Shown one piece after another: positions 51,501 through 64,000 of a DNA stretch of 64,000 bases. The notes under the pieces were generated by a model. It was not told where the DNA came from and searched no databases. It worked only from the letters and a program-made list of their open reading frames with translations. Position 1 is the stretch's first letter. The number at the start of each line of letters is the position of its first letter. Both the position numbers and the translations under genes were made by a program. Source of the stretch: Felis catus (taxonomy: Eukaryota); the NCBI RefSeq assembly GCF_018350175.1, contig NC_058368.1, forward strand, positions 96,598,001 to 96,662,000, given 5' to 3'.

Positions 51501-52338
51501 TTGTTTCTATTGCCTGTTGTTTCTGATGGTTCTTAAAAGTAATGTATCCAGTTTCCATAGGCGCCTGATTAACTCGGGCTACTTACTGTACATGGTATTT
51601 GGAAACAACTTTTGCAGAAATAATTTAACAGCCAGGACTACAGGAGTATCTTCTGGATTGTACTTCTTTCTGTCCTGCACTTAGAGGTACTACTAATTCA
51701 GAACCACATCATTTCATTATTAGATGTAAGTTTCTGAACAGCCAGGAGATAAAAAAAACAAACTTCAAGCTCTTCCAATGTATAGTAAACAGTTTATTAT
51801 CATTTGAAAAGCATAGACATTTGGGGTTCCAGCTCAAAGTGAATGTTGTTCAGATAATAATAAAGCAAGTAAAACACCTGGGTGTACAATTTAAAGAGGC
51901 ACTCACTCATAGGGGGACAAGTGCAGATAGCACCCTAGGAAGACTACAGGTTTCAGAAATACCAACCATAAAAGGTACTAAAATGTAATCTATAAATATG
52001 AAAATTTATTATTCTTAACTATAAAATCAATTTTCCTAACATTATTTATCAAGGAGTCTACAAGTTTAATAATTTTTAATGTTTTACTGTCGTATATCCA
52101 CTCCTGAGGAAATAGGTCAAACCAGTTTCAATCTCCTTATTTTTTTTCATTGATTTGTTTTTATTTCCCTTGATTTCTGGGAGAACATCTTATTTTTGAA
52201 TATATCACAATCTTTTCTCCAAGATGCTGGAGAAGTGCCTCTTTAATGTCACCAAATTTCTGAAAGAATAAAGATGGCATAGTACTTAACTCCATGTCAC
52301 ATTATCTGTAAACTGATCATCCATCACAATTTTCTAAC

Positions 52339-52523
52339 TTTTTTAAGTTTATTTATTTACTTTCAGAGGAGAAGAAGCAGACAGAGAGGGAAACAGAGAA
52401 TCCCAAGCAGGATCCCTGTGGTTAGCGCAGAGCCCAACATGGATCTTGATCTCATGTACCATTAGATCATGACCTGAGCCAAAATAAAGAGTGAGATGCT
52501 TCACTGAGACACCCAGGAACCCC
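52339..52523 (-). mobile_element. Can-SINE
   Basis: gagaatcccaagcagg, agatcatgacctgagcc. Confidence 0.93.
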
Positions 52524-52535
52524 TCACTGTTTTCT

Positions 52536-52559
52536 ATGGTATATATATATATATACCAT

Positions 52560-52601
<42 letters not shown>

Positions 52602-52626
52602 GTATATAGGTGGTGTATATGTTGTG

Positions 52627-52674
<48 letters not shown>

Positions 52675-52703
52675 AGGATATATATATATATATATATATA
52701 TAT
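52536..52703. repeat. Compound (TA)n(TG)n...(TA)n(CA)n(TA)n inverted microsatellite
   Basis: Read directly. Confidence 0.95.
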
Positions 52704-53580
52704 TTCTTTCTTTCTTTTTAAAGTTAGTTTCAGATATACAACATAGTGATTCAACTTCTCTATATGTGATGCTATGCTCACTGCAAGTATAACTACCATG
52801 TGTCACCATACAACGTTATCATAATACCATTGACTATATTCCTTATGCTGTGTCTTTTATCCCTGTGACATTAATTACATAACTGGAAGCCTGTACCTCC
52901 CACTCCCCTTCATTCATTTTGCCCACCCCCCACACTTCTGGCAACCATTAGATTGTTCTCTGTATTTCTACATCTGTTTCTACTTTTTGTGTATTTTTTT
53001 GTTTGCTTTTTTCTTAGATTCCCCATGTGAGTGAAACCATATGGTATCTATCTTTTTTAGTCTGATTTATTTCACTTACCATAATACTCTCTAGGCGCAT
53101 ACATGCTATTGCAAATGGCCAGACATCATCCTTTTTATGGCTGCATAATATCCCATTGTATGTGTATGTGTGTGTGTGTGTATAACAACACATTGTCTTC
53201 ATCCATCTATCAATGGACACTTAGTTTTCTTCTGTATCATGGCTATTATAAATAATGCTACAAGAAACATTGGCATGCGTATACAAATACTAGCAATGGA
53301 ATTCCCGGATTATACAGTATTTCTATTTTCACTTTTTTGAGGAATCTCCATACCGTTTTCCATGGGGATGTGCCAACTCTCATGCCCACCAACAGTGCAC
53401 AGATGTTTCTTTTTCTCCACATCTTAGCCAACACTTGTTATTTCTGTCTTTTTGATTTTAGCCATTCTGACAGGTGTCAAGTGAGATCTCCTTGGTGATT
53501 TTGATTTGCTTTCCCTGATGATGAGTGATGTTGAACATCTTTTCATGTATCCATTGGCCACCTGTATGTCTTCCTCGGAA
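52704..53580 (-). mobile_element. Carnivore L1 3' end (ORF2 tail plus 3' UTR)
   Basis: tgtcaccatacaacgttat, ttagattccccatgtgagtgaaaccatatggtat, gccattctgacaggtgt. Confidence 0.9.
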
Positions 53581-54067
53581 GGATATCAACCTTTTCAAAT
53601 AAGTGGTCTTTGGCGTCATAGATTTTCTTGTTGCTTTCTGTTTTCATCAATTCCTGTTTTTATCATTATTCTTTTTCTCCTTCACCTTTTCTGAGTTTGA
53701 TAGGTTCTTCTTTCTCTACACCCCCCCCCCTCAGGTACAAGCTTATATTACTTGTTTGACTTTTTTTTTTAAAGAAAAGTCTAACTTATCCAATTATTTA
53801 CTTATATTCTGTACCTTTATTACTATTTACTAGTCTTACTCTACCAAATATTCCCCTTCAAGTAGTTTGAATATGATTGAGTGTTTGAACATCATTTTTA
53901 TTGGTTTGATATCTTATTTGTTACAAAATGTAAAATTAACTTTGCAAGGGGTTTATATTTAATTTTAAATATTTAGAAGTTATATTGACCGCATGGGCAA
54001 TTAGAGATGTTAGTGGTAAATGCCAAGGAATATTATTGTCCCTTTTAAAATTTATATGGCAGGTTTG

Positions 54068-54282
54068 TTTTTAAAAAATTTTTTTTTAGTATTTATTTAT
54101 TTTTGAGAGAGACAGAGTGCAGCAGGGGAGGGGCAGAGAGAAAGGGAGACGCAGAATCTGAAGCAGGTTCCACGCTATGAGCTGTAAGCACAGAGCCCGA
54201 TGCGGGACTTAAACTCACAAGCTGTAAGATCATGACCTGAGCTGAAGTCGAAGCTTAACCAACTGACCCATCCAGGTGCCCC
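54068..54282 (-). mobile_element. Can-SINE
   Basis: TSD tgg[c/t]aggtttgtttttaaa. Confidence 0.96.
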
Positions 54283-54728
54283 TTGGTAGGTTTGTTTTTA
54301 AAGCCACATTTACTCTGATCATTAACTGTTCTACTTTCACACATGGATTTTACATATTTACAGAAAAAAATGTATTAAAATGAAACCAAACTCCACAATA
54401 ACATGCATGGACTGAGTGTGACCAGAATGTGTTTACAAACAGCCAATGCAGTGTAAGTACCCTTGACCAGGGTCCTAGAAAGTTATTTAACATCTTAGGG
54501 TTTCCGAATATATGGAAAGGTTTGATCACACCATTTTGAAGGAAATTTTCAGCTGTATTTATGTGACTCTATGAAGGTATTTATAACATATAATGTTTTA
54601 TTTTATACTTATCTGCAATTGAGGGCAAAGTTAAGAAGTGTTCACCCTTAGCTAACGGATTTGCCCCGCTCTTGACCAACTGCATCCCAAACAGCTCATA
54701 TTCTTCCTCACATAAATTTCATACACTC

Positions 54729-54737
<9 letters not shown>

Positions 54738-54777
<40 letters not shown>
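54738..54777. repeat. (CA)n microsatellite
   Basis: Read directly. Confidence 0.98.
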
Positions 54778-54779
<2 letters not shown>

Positions 54780-55018
54780 GCATAGCCTGATTTATTCTTA
54801 ATTCAGAGATAAACACCAAGTAAATATATAAGCAGAAAACAACCTTAATACAACTAATAATTAAAAACCAGTATAAACAGCAGCAATCACTATTTTTAGC
54901 ACATGATAGTAATTATCTCATATAACCCTTATAATATTATATGATATATGTATTATATAAAGTAAAATATATAATATATAATTACATATAATTGCAGTTG
55001 CAATTATATATAATTGCA

Positions 55019-55269
55019 AAAATGTAAAATTAACATTGTAAGGGGTTCATATTTAATTATAAATATTTAGAAGTTACATTGACTGCCTGGGCAATCAGAG
55101 ATGTTAGTGGTAAATGCCAAGGAATATTATTGTCCCTTTTAAAATTTATATGGTAGGTTTGTTTAAAAAATTTTTTTTGATATTTATTTATTTTTGAGAG
55201 AGACAGAGTGCAGCCACGGAGGGGCAGAGAGAGAGGGAGATGCAGATTCTGAAGCAGGTTCCAGGCTAT
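55019..55269 (+). repeat. Local duplicate of 53925-54178 (unique DNA plus half a SINE)
   Basis: About 250 bp, roughly 18 substitutions plus homopolymer indels by hand alignment. Confidence 0.97.
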
Positions 55270-55857
55270 TATTATTGTATAATAATTTTATATATTTATA
55301 TAGATATTACTAATTTTATATATATATAGGTCCCCTTTTATTGGCATTGCGTAAGTGAGAAAATGACACTTAGATTAGGTAACTTGGCAAAACTACTAAG
55401 CAGAGAGCAGGGGTTCTGTTACGTACTAGGTTGAAAATGCCTTCTATTTTTTTGACATGTATAAATGTGAAAATCACACTCTCATTTTTAGTTTTTCACT
55501 GGCAAATGAATGAAAAGAAACCTCTATATTAACGAGGTCGTTAAGAACAGTGTAGCACAAGTCCACTGCTCGTTCAGTATTAGATTTGGAGACCAGGTAC
55601 GTGAAAGCTGTCCAGCATCCTTGAGGTTTTGCATCAAGGGGAATCTTCACAGAATATGAAATCTCAGGAAAATTTAAACATGCTGACCTGATGACAAACT
55701 TCCTAATTTGCTTGTGTGTTGCTGGAGTGGGGGAAGCTCATGAAAGACACAGAGAACAGAAAGAGAGCACAAGCAGAAAGCCTCAAAACGGAACCGAAGA
55801 AAAAAGGCAGCAAATGGCAGCCTTCATCAAATTTTTATGCATTCCTTGACTTTTCTG

Positions 55858-55871
55858 TTTTTTTTTCTTCT

Positions 55872-55913
<42 letters not shown>
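55858..55913. repeat. Poly(T) tract
   Basis: About 40 uninterrupted T after ttcttcttc. Confidence 0.95.
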
Positions 55914-55915
<2 letters not shown>

Positions 55916-57589
55916 CTTCACACCTTTGGTAACTATACTATCTTCATTCAAGTCACTTCATAAATTAAATCCCTCCCTCCCCACCTCCCACTAGACACTT
56001 TAGGATTCGTGTTTTATCTAAGAGCGCTCCCCCTGGAAAAACACAAGGGGAAGGGGGAGAACAGGACAAGACAAAAGCCTCACAACATTAAGGCAGGCCC
56101 ACCTTTTGATCTAATGTTTTACATTTTTCTTTTGATTGGACAGGCAGTGAATATTTCTACCCAGCACCTCAAGCCTGTCAACACTCTAATACTTCATAAT
56201 TTATAAAACAGCTCTCTTCCCCCAAAAGCTCAATATGCTTTACAGATATCTTATTGATGCGCACAATATGCCTTCAGGGAACTTAGGCGACAAGAATTAT
56301 TAAGTGTTTTCTAGGACAGGGAAAAGACTGACACAACAAGAATCTATTATTACTAGTGAGTTACAGAGAACTAGGAACTTTAGATCTAACGCTGTTACCT
56401 CCCTGGCTGGGAGGGCTGTCAAAAAGGGACGATAATGAGTGAGACACAGCACTCAGGAGTCCAGGACCTCACAGGGAAGAAAGGCAGGTCAGCAGGCGGC
56501 TATCAAGTGCTTACCCTCATCTCTCCGCTTCTATGTCCTAACTGTCAATTCCAACTGGATGTGGCATCCAAAACAAAATCCTTGATTTTCTCCTACAGCC
56601 ACTTCCTTTCCCAGTGTTCTCATCTCTACACAGGACCATGATCTACCCGCTTGGTCAAGAAACCCAACTTTTGGGCAGTCACTCCTTGTTTTTCTTTTTC
56701 TCCCCCTTCCCTCATCTGCAAGTTCTTTTGGCTCTACTTCCAAGATTGCTTCTGAACAGGTTCCCTTCCACCCCTCTCTTCATACCACTCTAGTCCTTAC
56801 TGCCATCATCCATCCTGGCAGTCTGATAACCAGAGAAAATCGGAAACTTCCCCACATCTATGACTGAAATGCCCTAGTGCTATTAGAATTGTTAGGTGTT
56901 ATTAACATCCTTCTCCTCTTGATGACTGCAAAACCCTCCACTCTCGCGTTCATTGTCTCTTTCTACCAGAATCCACTTTGAACACATCAGGCAGAGTCAA
57001 AGGTGGAAAAATGTCCTTGTAACGCTTATCAGTTATACAAGTAAATGGTTCAAAGAAATAAATGAATTCCACCAATTTCATTAGGAAGGAATTCTCCCAA
57101 TTCAGAGTCCTATCAAACTCCTCAGAGAAGATCACTCTCCATTCGTCTGGTACTTACCTTTGTGTATGTGTGTTTTTGTATAAATATGTTTATGACAGCC
57201 TACTTCCCTTTTCCCAAAGGGAATACATTTTGCTCTCTTGTAAAAAAAAAAAAACACTGTACAGGTTAATGCAAACCACATTTTGATAAACACTGTAATA
57301 AGCTTGATTTTATGAAGGCAGTTACCATATTAGTAGCATTGTGAACAGAGAAGGAGAGAGAACACTGAATTATGACAATTATGTCATAATTGTCATATGA
57401 CAATTATGTAACTGCTGACTGAATAATAAGGTGGCCACTTACCACTACATTACTCATGGTCATGGTAGTCCAAAATGGGTGGTCATGGTAGTCCGAAATG
57501 TGGACAGCAAACTTTCTCATATCTTGGACCCCTAATAAACACTTTGCACAAAGTAGAATACTGAGTCTAGTTATCAGCAAAGGCAATCA

Positions 57590-58850
57590 CAAGATTCGTA
57601 CTGCTTCTTGATTTTTCATTCTGAGGTATTATCTATTTACTTCCACCTAGAGACCATGAGGATTTGGTTCTTACCGTTCCCTTCCAAAAACATATTTACT
57701 TCCTATACCTTCATCATTCTCTCCTATTTTTCATCTTGTTTTGGAGATAGATAGATAGATAGATAGATGCAGTATTTATACTATGTTGACCACATAAATG
57801 CTACTTGTAGCCAAGCCCACGCATGTTTAGTTATTCTAGACACTTATAATAAATTTAACCCTCACTCTCCTGCCGATGTGAGATTTTTCTTCAGTACGTT
57901 CAAACACACGTTACATCTTTTGTCTACTGCACCTTTTTTTCTTAAAGAATTTCTACTGTTTGTTTCTTCTCACCTATTCTATCTGACCAGTTGGGCTTTA
58001 AACCTGATACACAGATATGATTCTGGAATCCTCCCTCATCAGTATCTTGAAGAGTGTCTCTTTGCTAGTTTTCAGTATCTGTGCTTTGTGTCATGGACCC
58101 CATGCTTCCTATTTCTTCATTTACTCATTTTCATAGAGTCCCTCATCTAATAACGTGCTGAAAAAGAACACGCGAGATAAATTTTTAACAACTTGTATAA
58201 ATGCAAATGTATTTATCTACCCTTATTCTTCATTGGTAATTTATAGTAACATCTTTGAGATTCTAGGCCAGGAAGCATTTCACTCAGAAGTTTTCAAGAA
58301 TTGTTCCATTGTCTTCCGGTGTACATACCATTGCTAAAAAGTGGGAAGCCACTGCAATCCCCATAATTTGCAGGAAACTCCTGTGAATTCTGCGAGATGT
58401 GGCTGAAAAGTTTGCTATTTTACAGTAATGTGCCTTGATATATATCCTTTTCATCTGTTGTGCTGATTACATGGTGAATCCTTTAAGTCTGGGAATTCGG
58501 ATCACTTACTTGTGAGATGGTTCTTTCCTTCACAATTTCTAGTCCTGTATTTTCTCTTTCTAGAATGCCATTAATTTGAGAATGGACCTGCTGGAACAGC
58601 CCTCTGATTTCCCTGTCATTGACTTTTTGTGCCATCCTCCAGGAGCTTTTCTGCACTAAATGATCTAATCCTTTTAGCTGGTATTCTATTCCAGTGTCGC
58701 ATTTTATGTTCCAAGAGCTCTGCTTTCTTTACTTTATGTGATTGTATTTTGGGGTTATTAGCACAGTCCTTTCTAGAATCTAAATGAAGATCAGATTTCT
58801 TCAGGTTGTTTGCCTTTTGCAGTCATTGTTTCCACCAACCCATCATCTTT
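57590..58850 (-). mobile_element. Old L1ME-like antisense fragment with (GATA)n
   Basis: ttctaggccaggaagcatttcactcagaa, ttgttccattgtcttc, taatgtgccttg. Confidence 0.55.
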
Positions 58851-59623
58851 AGGTGCTGCAGTGATTTTTACAAAGCTTAAATCATGTTTTTCCATTATCT
58901 AATATCATCCAACTGTACTTCAAATAAAGGCTAAATTTCATACCATGGCTAGAAGGTTGGAAATAATTTGGTCCTTGACAACCTCTGCAAATCTACCTCA
59001 TCTCATTATTATAGCTAATAGAAACTCAAATACGTGTCAAATAAATGACGGCACCAAGATTCAAATACAAATTTGCATAACCTTGTATTTATGATTTTCC
59101 ATTTACCACACTATTTCTCTGCTAGTGAGAAATCTATTTCAAATCTATTTCCCACTTCAAATCATCCTTCCCACCAATGCAAGGTGATCTTCCTGAAGTG
59201 TGTCCTAATCATGTACTCTTGCTCTAAAATCATTCCAACCCTTTGATAATAAATGAAGAAGAGTAAAGGTATCAGTCTAGTAGAAGAGGCTCTTGTAAAT
59301 ATGACCTCGACCTATGAAAGTGATCATTGGTACAAATGAGTAGAATAATGTTGCATGCTTATTCAGTCAGTGAATAGGACTGTTTATTGACTTACCTGTA
59401 TGCAAAAAAAGACTAAGGACAATTGCCTTTTGTTGAAAAGGCCACTTTTTCATGTTTGGATGCAGAGAGTGTATTTGTTCAAAAATTTCAATTATTTTTA
59501 TCAGATCAAATATTTACTCAAAATGGTACTAGAATCTCCTTGAATACTGGCAAGGTGGGGGTAAGGACACGGTAGGGCAGTGGCAACATAGGAAGGTTTA
59601 AAGCTGAGTTTAGAAATGAGAAT

Positions 59624-59855
59624 GGGGATGTCTGGGTGGCTCAGTCAGGTGAGCGTTGGACTCTTGATTTTGGCTTGGGTCATGATTTCACAGTTTGTGA
59701 ATGTGAGCCCCATGTCGAGCTCTGTGCTGACAGTGCAGAGCCTGCTTGGAATTCTCTCTCTCTCTGTCTCTCTTTATCTCTACCCATCTTCCTCTCTCTC
59801 TCTCTCTCTCTCAATCAATCAATCAATAAAAACTTTAAAAAATTATTTAAAAAAC
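59624..59855 (+). mobile_element. Can-SINE
   Basis: TSD agaaatgagaa. Confidence 0.95.
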
Positions 59856-60029
59856 AGAAATGAGAACGTAGAAGGAGACAACAGGGAAATTGGGTTGGAA
59901 CACAAAGAGGCAAGTATAACCCAGAAATACATACCACCCAGGATTAGTAACTACACTAGAGTTCTATTTTACTGGCAAGCAGGAAGAAGGAAAAAAAAAA
60001 ATAAGACTAGACACAATTTGCCAATCCAT

Positions 60030-60900
60030 TCTCTTCCCGTGCTAGATGGTTCTTGAATCCACTAAGAATCCCCTTCTCGAAGGTCATCACCCTTATTTAC
60101 AACACTATTATCTCTCCTACCAGCTGCTGAAAGACCTCCTAATTGATCTCTATGTACCCACTCATAACCTAGCTCTAGCCATTCTTCATACGGCACTCAG
60201 AGTGATGTTAAAAATCCAAATCTCATCAGGTCACTCTCCTGCTGAAACCCTGTAACAACCTCTAAGTGCGCATGGAAAAAAACCCAGAATCTTTAACTTG
60301 TTTCAGGAAGCCCAGCCTCCTCCAGCCCAGAATGAATCTACAATACGTTTATATGCTACTCTTCTCCCTGGTCCTCTTTGGTCTGTGAATTCCTGCTCAC
60401 TTTTCCAAATACAGCCTAAGTGTAACCTCCAGAGGGAATCTTTCCCAGACCTAAAGATTACATTCATTAAGCCCTCATCCTATTTTTCCAAGGTACCTTA
60501 TACTTCTGGCTAGCACACGTCACCCCTGTAAGCCCATAATTAATATCTTCTATTATATATGAAATAAAACACTTAGCCTCATACTTGGCACAGAACATAT
60601 ACTTAATAATTGCTGTAATAACAACAACAGCTATTTCTTGAATACTTAATATGTACCAGCTGCTCAATGCTTTGTTAACCTTAATTTAACTAACCCTATT
60701 TCAGGGTTGAGAAAACTGAGATGCAGGGTGATTATAGGAAAGCTTCAAAGCTCCTGAGGGAGTGAAGAGCCCTGATTCTGGAATCAGGTTACTGGACTCA
60801 AATCCCAGCTCTGGCACCTGTTGTGTAATCTTAGGCAAGTGACAGGTAACGACAATACTTATAGGATTTTCAGAAGGATTAAATGAGGGTGAGAATAAAT
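60030..60900. mobile_element. L2 and MIR fragments
   Basis: aaatccaaatctcatcaggtcactctcctgctgaaacc (L2); gagaaaactgag and ctcaaatcccagctctg (MIR). Confidence 0.65.
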
Positions 60901-62487
60901 AGAATCACACATCAGTGAAAACAGTCGATGTGTATGTCTGGGGGCATAGTTCAAATATTTCGGTGTACTACCCCTAATTTTAAATCGCTGAGGTTTTATA
61001 CATACCAGTCCCCAGTAGCTTGAGTGGTGCCTATTTGGGAATAAAATGGAAGTACTGTTTCAGATATACATGTTGTAACCATTAGTTATGGTGCCGGGGC
61101 GTGTGTATCACAGAGTGTAGCCATGAGCCATTGTGCAGGAAATCTGAGCTCTCCTAAATGAATTGGGTATTTTCCCAACATCTGGAATCAATACACTAAA
61201 CAAAGCAGTGCTCCCCAGCGCTAAAGTGAGAAGCAATAGAATTTAGCACCTGAGCATCCCATGGGGGTGAGGCGTTTCCTTCCTCACATACTCCCCATTG
61301 TTCAGAGAGTCAGCATTTGCCTAAAATTGTTGAAGGAGCATGTGGACAAAATCGCATTCCTGACTTTGTCCTTCTAAAATCAATTCCTGTGGAGAAAAAA
61401 CTTCCACACATATTTCCCTATCTTAATCCGATAAGACTGAGAATGAAAATCAGTAAGGTAATGGCTGCTTGCCCCAGTGTAAACAATACTGCACATCTGT
61501 ATGGATGGCTCTACCCTATTTTCTAGGGCTGAAACATAACAGCAGAGTTTGGCGTGCTCTTTAGGACGCCTGGGGATTACCCTGGTTCAACATACCTGAT
61601 AAGTAGAAAACAGTCCTTCTCTGGCCCCTGAAGAGAGTTTATTATCTGCTCTATTAACGTCACGCCCACTCAAAGGAAAACTACTTCCAAGGGCCTTTTA
61701 GAGCTACGCTTTTACTTGTTCTTACCCTCAGTGCATGATTATTTTCCTATTTTGAGAAGTGTTCACTTGAGACGTACAATCTGCTTAGGTACAACTAGGT
61801 ATAGCTATAGCTATGTGTCCATAGACAAGTTAGAAGTAGTTGTAGATTCCAAAAGAATAGTGTGAATCTAGACTAGATTCTACCTAATGATTAACTGATG
61901 GAACGCAGAAGTGATTAATTCAGGACTAAGTCTGTATAGGAGTTCCCAGGGACTAAGGGAAACAGTTTGATCTCTTTAAAATTTTAAGAGGGAGACGATA
62001 AAGAAATAAAGCAGAGGATTCTGGGAAAAATGGCAATCATATGCAGTTCCATTTTTCTCCATTAATAATTCCAATCTATCTTCCTTGCCTAAGTCTATTG
62101 GTTGCTGGAATATAAGAGATGACTTAGATCTGAGAAAGGCTACCTGAGACTGGACTTGGAGCCCCTGGCACAGAACCTGAAAGCCTGAGCACTGGGGAAA
62201 ATGGCCTATTATGAAATCTGTGCATGCCCAGGGGTTATGTGAAATTGGCCTTTTATTACTAGATCTTAATGCGCCCCTATCGTTCACTTCCAACATCCCA
62301 AAATGGTGCTGAGAGACTGATAATAGAAAATTCTTCCGCAATCCACGAAGCTAGAAGAGAGCGTGAATATGTCTACAAGTCATAAAAAGGGAGCTACAAC
62401 TTTAGAATTTCACATTTGACCAATGTATCATTCACCTATCTAGGAAAAAAGAAATTATGATGGATATTTAAATATCTAAGGAAAACA

Positions 62488-62716
62488 GGGGCACCTGGGG
62501 GGCTCAGTCGGTTATGCATCCGACTTCATCTCAGGTCATGATCTCGCAGGTCATGAGTTGAAGCCCCACATCAGGCTCTGTGCTGACAGCTCAGAACCTG
62601 GAGCCTGCTTTGGATTCTTTGTCTCCCTCTCTCTCTGCCTCTTCCCTGTAAACACACTCTCTCTCTCTCTCTCTCTCAAAAATAAATAAATGTTTTAAAA
62701 AATGAAAGAAAAAATG
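62488..62716 (+). mobile_element. Can-SINE
   Basis: TSD taaggaaaaca. Confidence 0.96.
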
Positions 62717-63468
62717 TAAGGAAAACAAGAAAGGTTTCTAACCAGATAACAAACGAATCAAAAACAGAGACCTCACCATGGTTGACAATGAAGAAGTCAG
62801 GGAATAATAGTAAACAATGACTCTTGAGAGTGAAAGAGAGAGAGAGAGAGAGAGAGATCTGTGAATGTATATACATATATACGTGTGTGCATAGCGTGTG
62901 TATATTTATAGACACTGTACACATAGTATATAATAGTGTATATATAGGGGATTTTTGTACATATTTATATGTATAATTATATATAATATACATATACACA
63001 TTTATATAGTATTTATATAAATTTGAATATATAATGATATACTGCCTGAAGGTATGTAACTAAAGCATTAAATATAAGAATGAAATTTTTTTAAAAGTTA
63101 CACTGTAAGGGATACTCTCATTAGTCTTAGATGGTACACATTTCTTCTCTCAGGTGATCATTAGTCCATTAACTTTATCTGAACAAAGTCTTTTGTAAAT
63201 ATATAATCACATCAACTTTTTCCCCCACAAATTACATAGCATTTAAAAGATCTCCCATTAAAATTCAAATGCTCAAATAATTGTTCCATGGTATATAATT
63301 GTTTGCCACATAGCCCATAATGAGAAATGACTTGATAAAATTCGGGGTCATGGGCGGTGTTGCGTTAGATCAAAACCAAGGGTGGAAATATTTTCCCTCT
63401 GGATTGCATTCTATATCGACATCATAAATTTTGATATACCCACCCTTGAACTTGAGAATAAAGAATCA

Positions 63469-63633
63469 GGGGTGCCTGGGTGGCTCAGTTGGTTGAGTAC
63501 CTGACTCTTGATTTCAGCTCCTCACGCTGGGCTCTGGGCTGAGCATGGAGCCTGCTTAAGATGCTCTCTCTCTCTCTCCCCTTCACCCCTGCTTACGCTC
63601 TCTTTCTCTCTCTCTTTAAAATTAAAAAAAAAA
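63469..63633 (+). mobile_element. Can-SINE, internally deleted
   Basis: Head intact; the caggtcatgatc-to-B-box segment is absent. Confidence 0.9.
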
Positions 63634-63635
63634 CG

Positions 63636-63880
63636 GGGCACCTGGGTGGCTCAGTTGGTTGGAACATCTGACTTCAGCTCAGGTCATATCCTCGTGGTCT
63701 GTGCGTTCGAGCCCCATGTCAGGCCTGTGCTGACGGCTCAGAGCCTGGAGCCTGCTTCGGATTCTGTGTCTCCCTCTCTCTCTGCCCCTCCCCCATTCAT
63801 GTTCTGTCTCTCTCTCTCTCTGTGTCAAAAGTAAATAAACATTAAAAAAATAATTAAAAAAACTAAGAAAATAAAGTAAA
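63636..63880 (+). mobile_element. Can-SINE inserted in the A tail of the previous SINE
   Basis: Head directly follows the A run. Confidence 0.95.
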
Positions 63881-64000
63881 AACAAAATCATAACCTAGTA
63901 AGCTAACATTACAGATATGAAAATACATTATTCTTCACGTATGTCAAAACAGAAAGACACAAGTTGAACCTGCCTGGTTTATGAGATGACCTCATAGTGC

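Noticed and set aside
57150..57165. Strong minus-strand donor aag|gtaagt
   Set aside because: No convincing paired acceptor or frame; isolated consensus donors are common.
1..64000. ORF track entries as protein-coding genes
   Set aside because: Many overlap SINEs (AQVMIS, SLSLSL motifs), microsatellites, LTRs or L1. The rest are short and resemble no protein I recognise. Prokaryote-style single-ORF calls are not meaningful in mammalian DNA.

Overview
AT-rich, CpG-poor mammalian DNA, almost certainly from a felid/feliform carnivore. It contains 31 tRNA-derived Can-SINEs (SINEC_Fc-like) with CT-rich bodies and A tails, carnivore-type L1 3' ends, two related ERV1-type solo LTRs with 4-bp TSDs, and older MaLR (MLT1), L1M, L2, MIR and MER (hAT) relics. 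I recognise no protein-coding exon, RNA gene or CpG-island promoter. The ORFs I can place in the supplied track are SINE, microsatellite or L1 ORF2 debris, and the rest look like chance frames. The window looks intronic or intergenic. I found no new biological system. The best second-look items are structural or regulatory: a three-segment inverted L1 (twin priming plus an extra template jump), two local templated duplications with snap-back junctions, a convergent pair of solo LTRs, a dense Forkhead-motif cluster in unique DNA, several minus-strand splice-bounded candidate exons, and SINEs re-using one target site. Repeat family names and most boundaries are recognised by eye, not from a database search.
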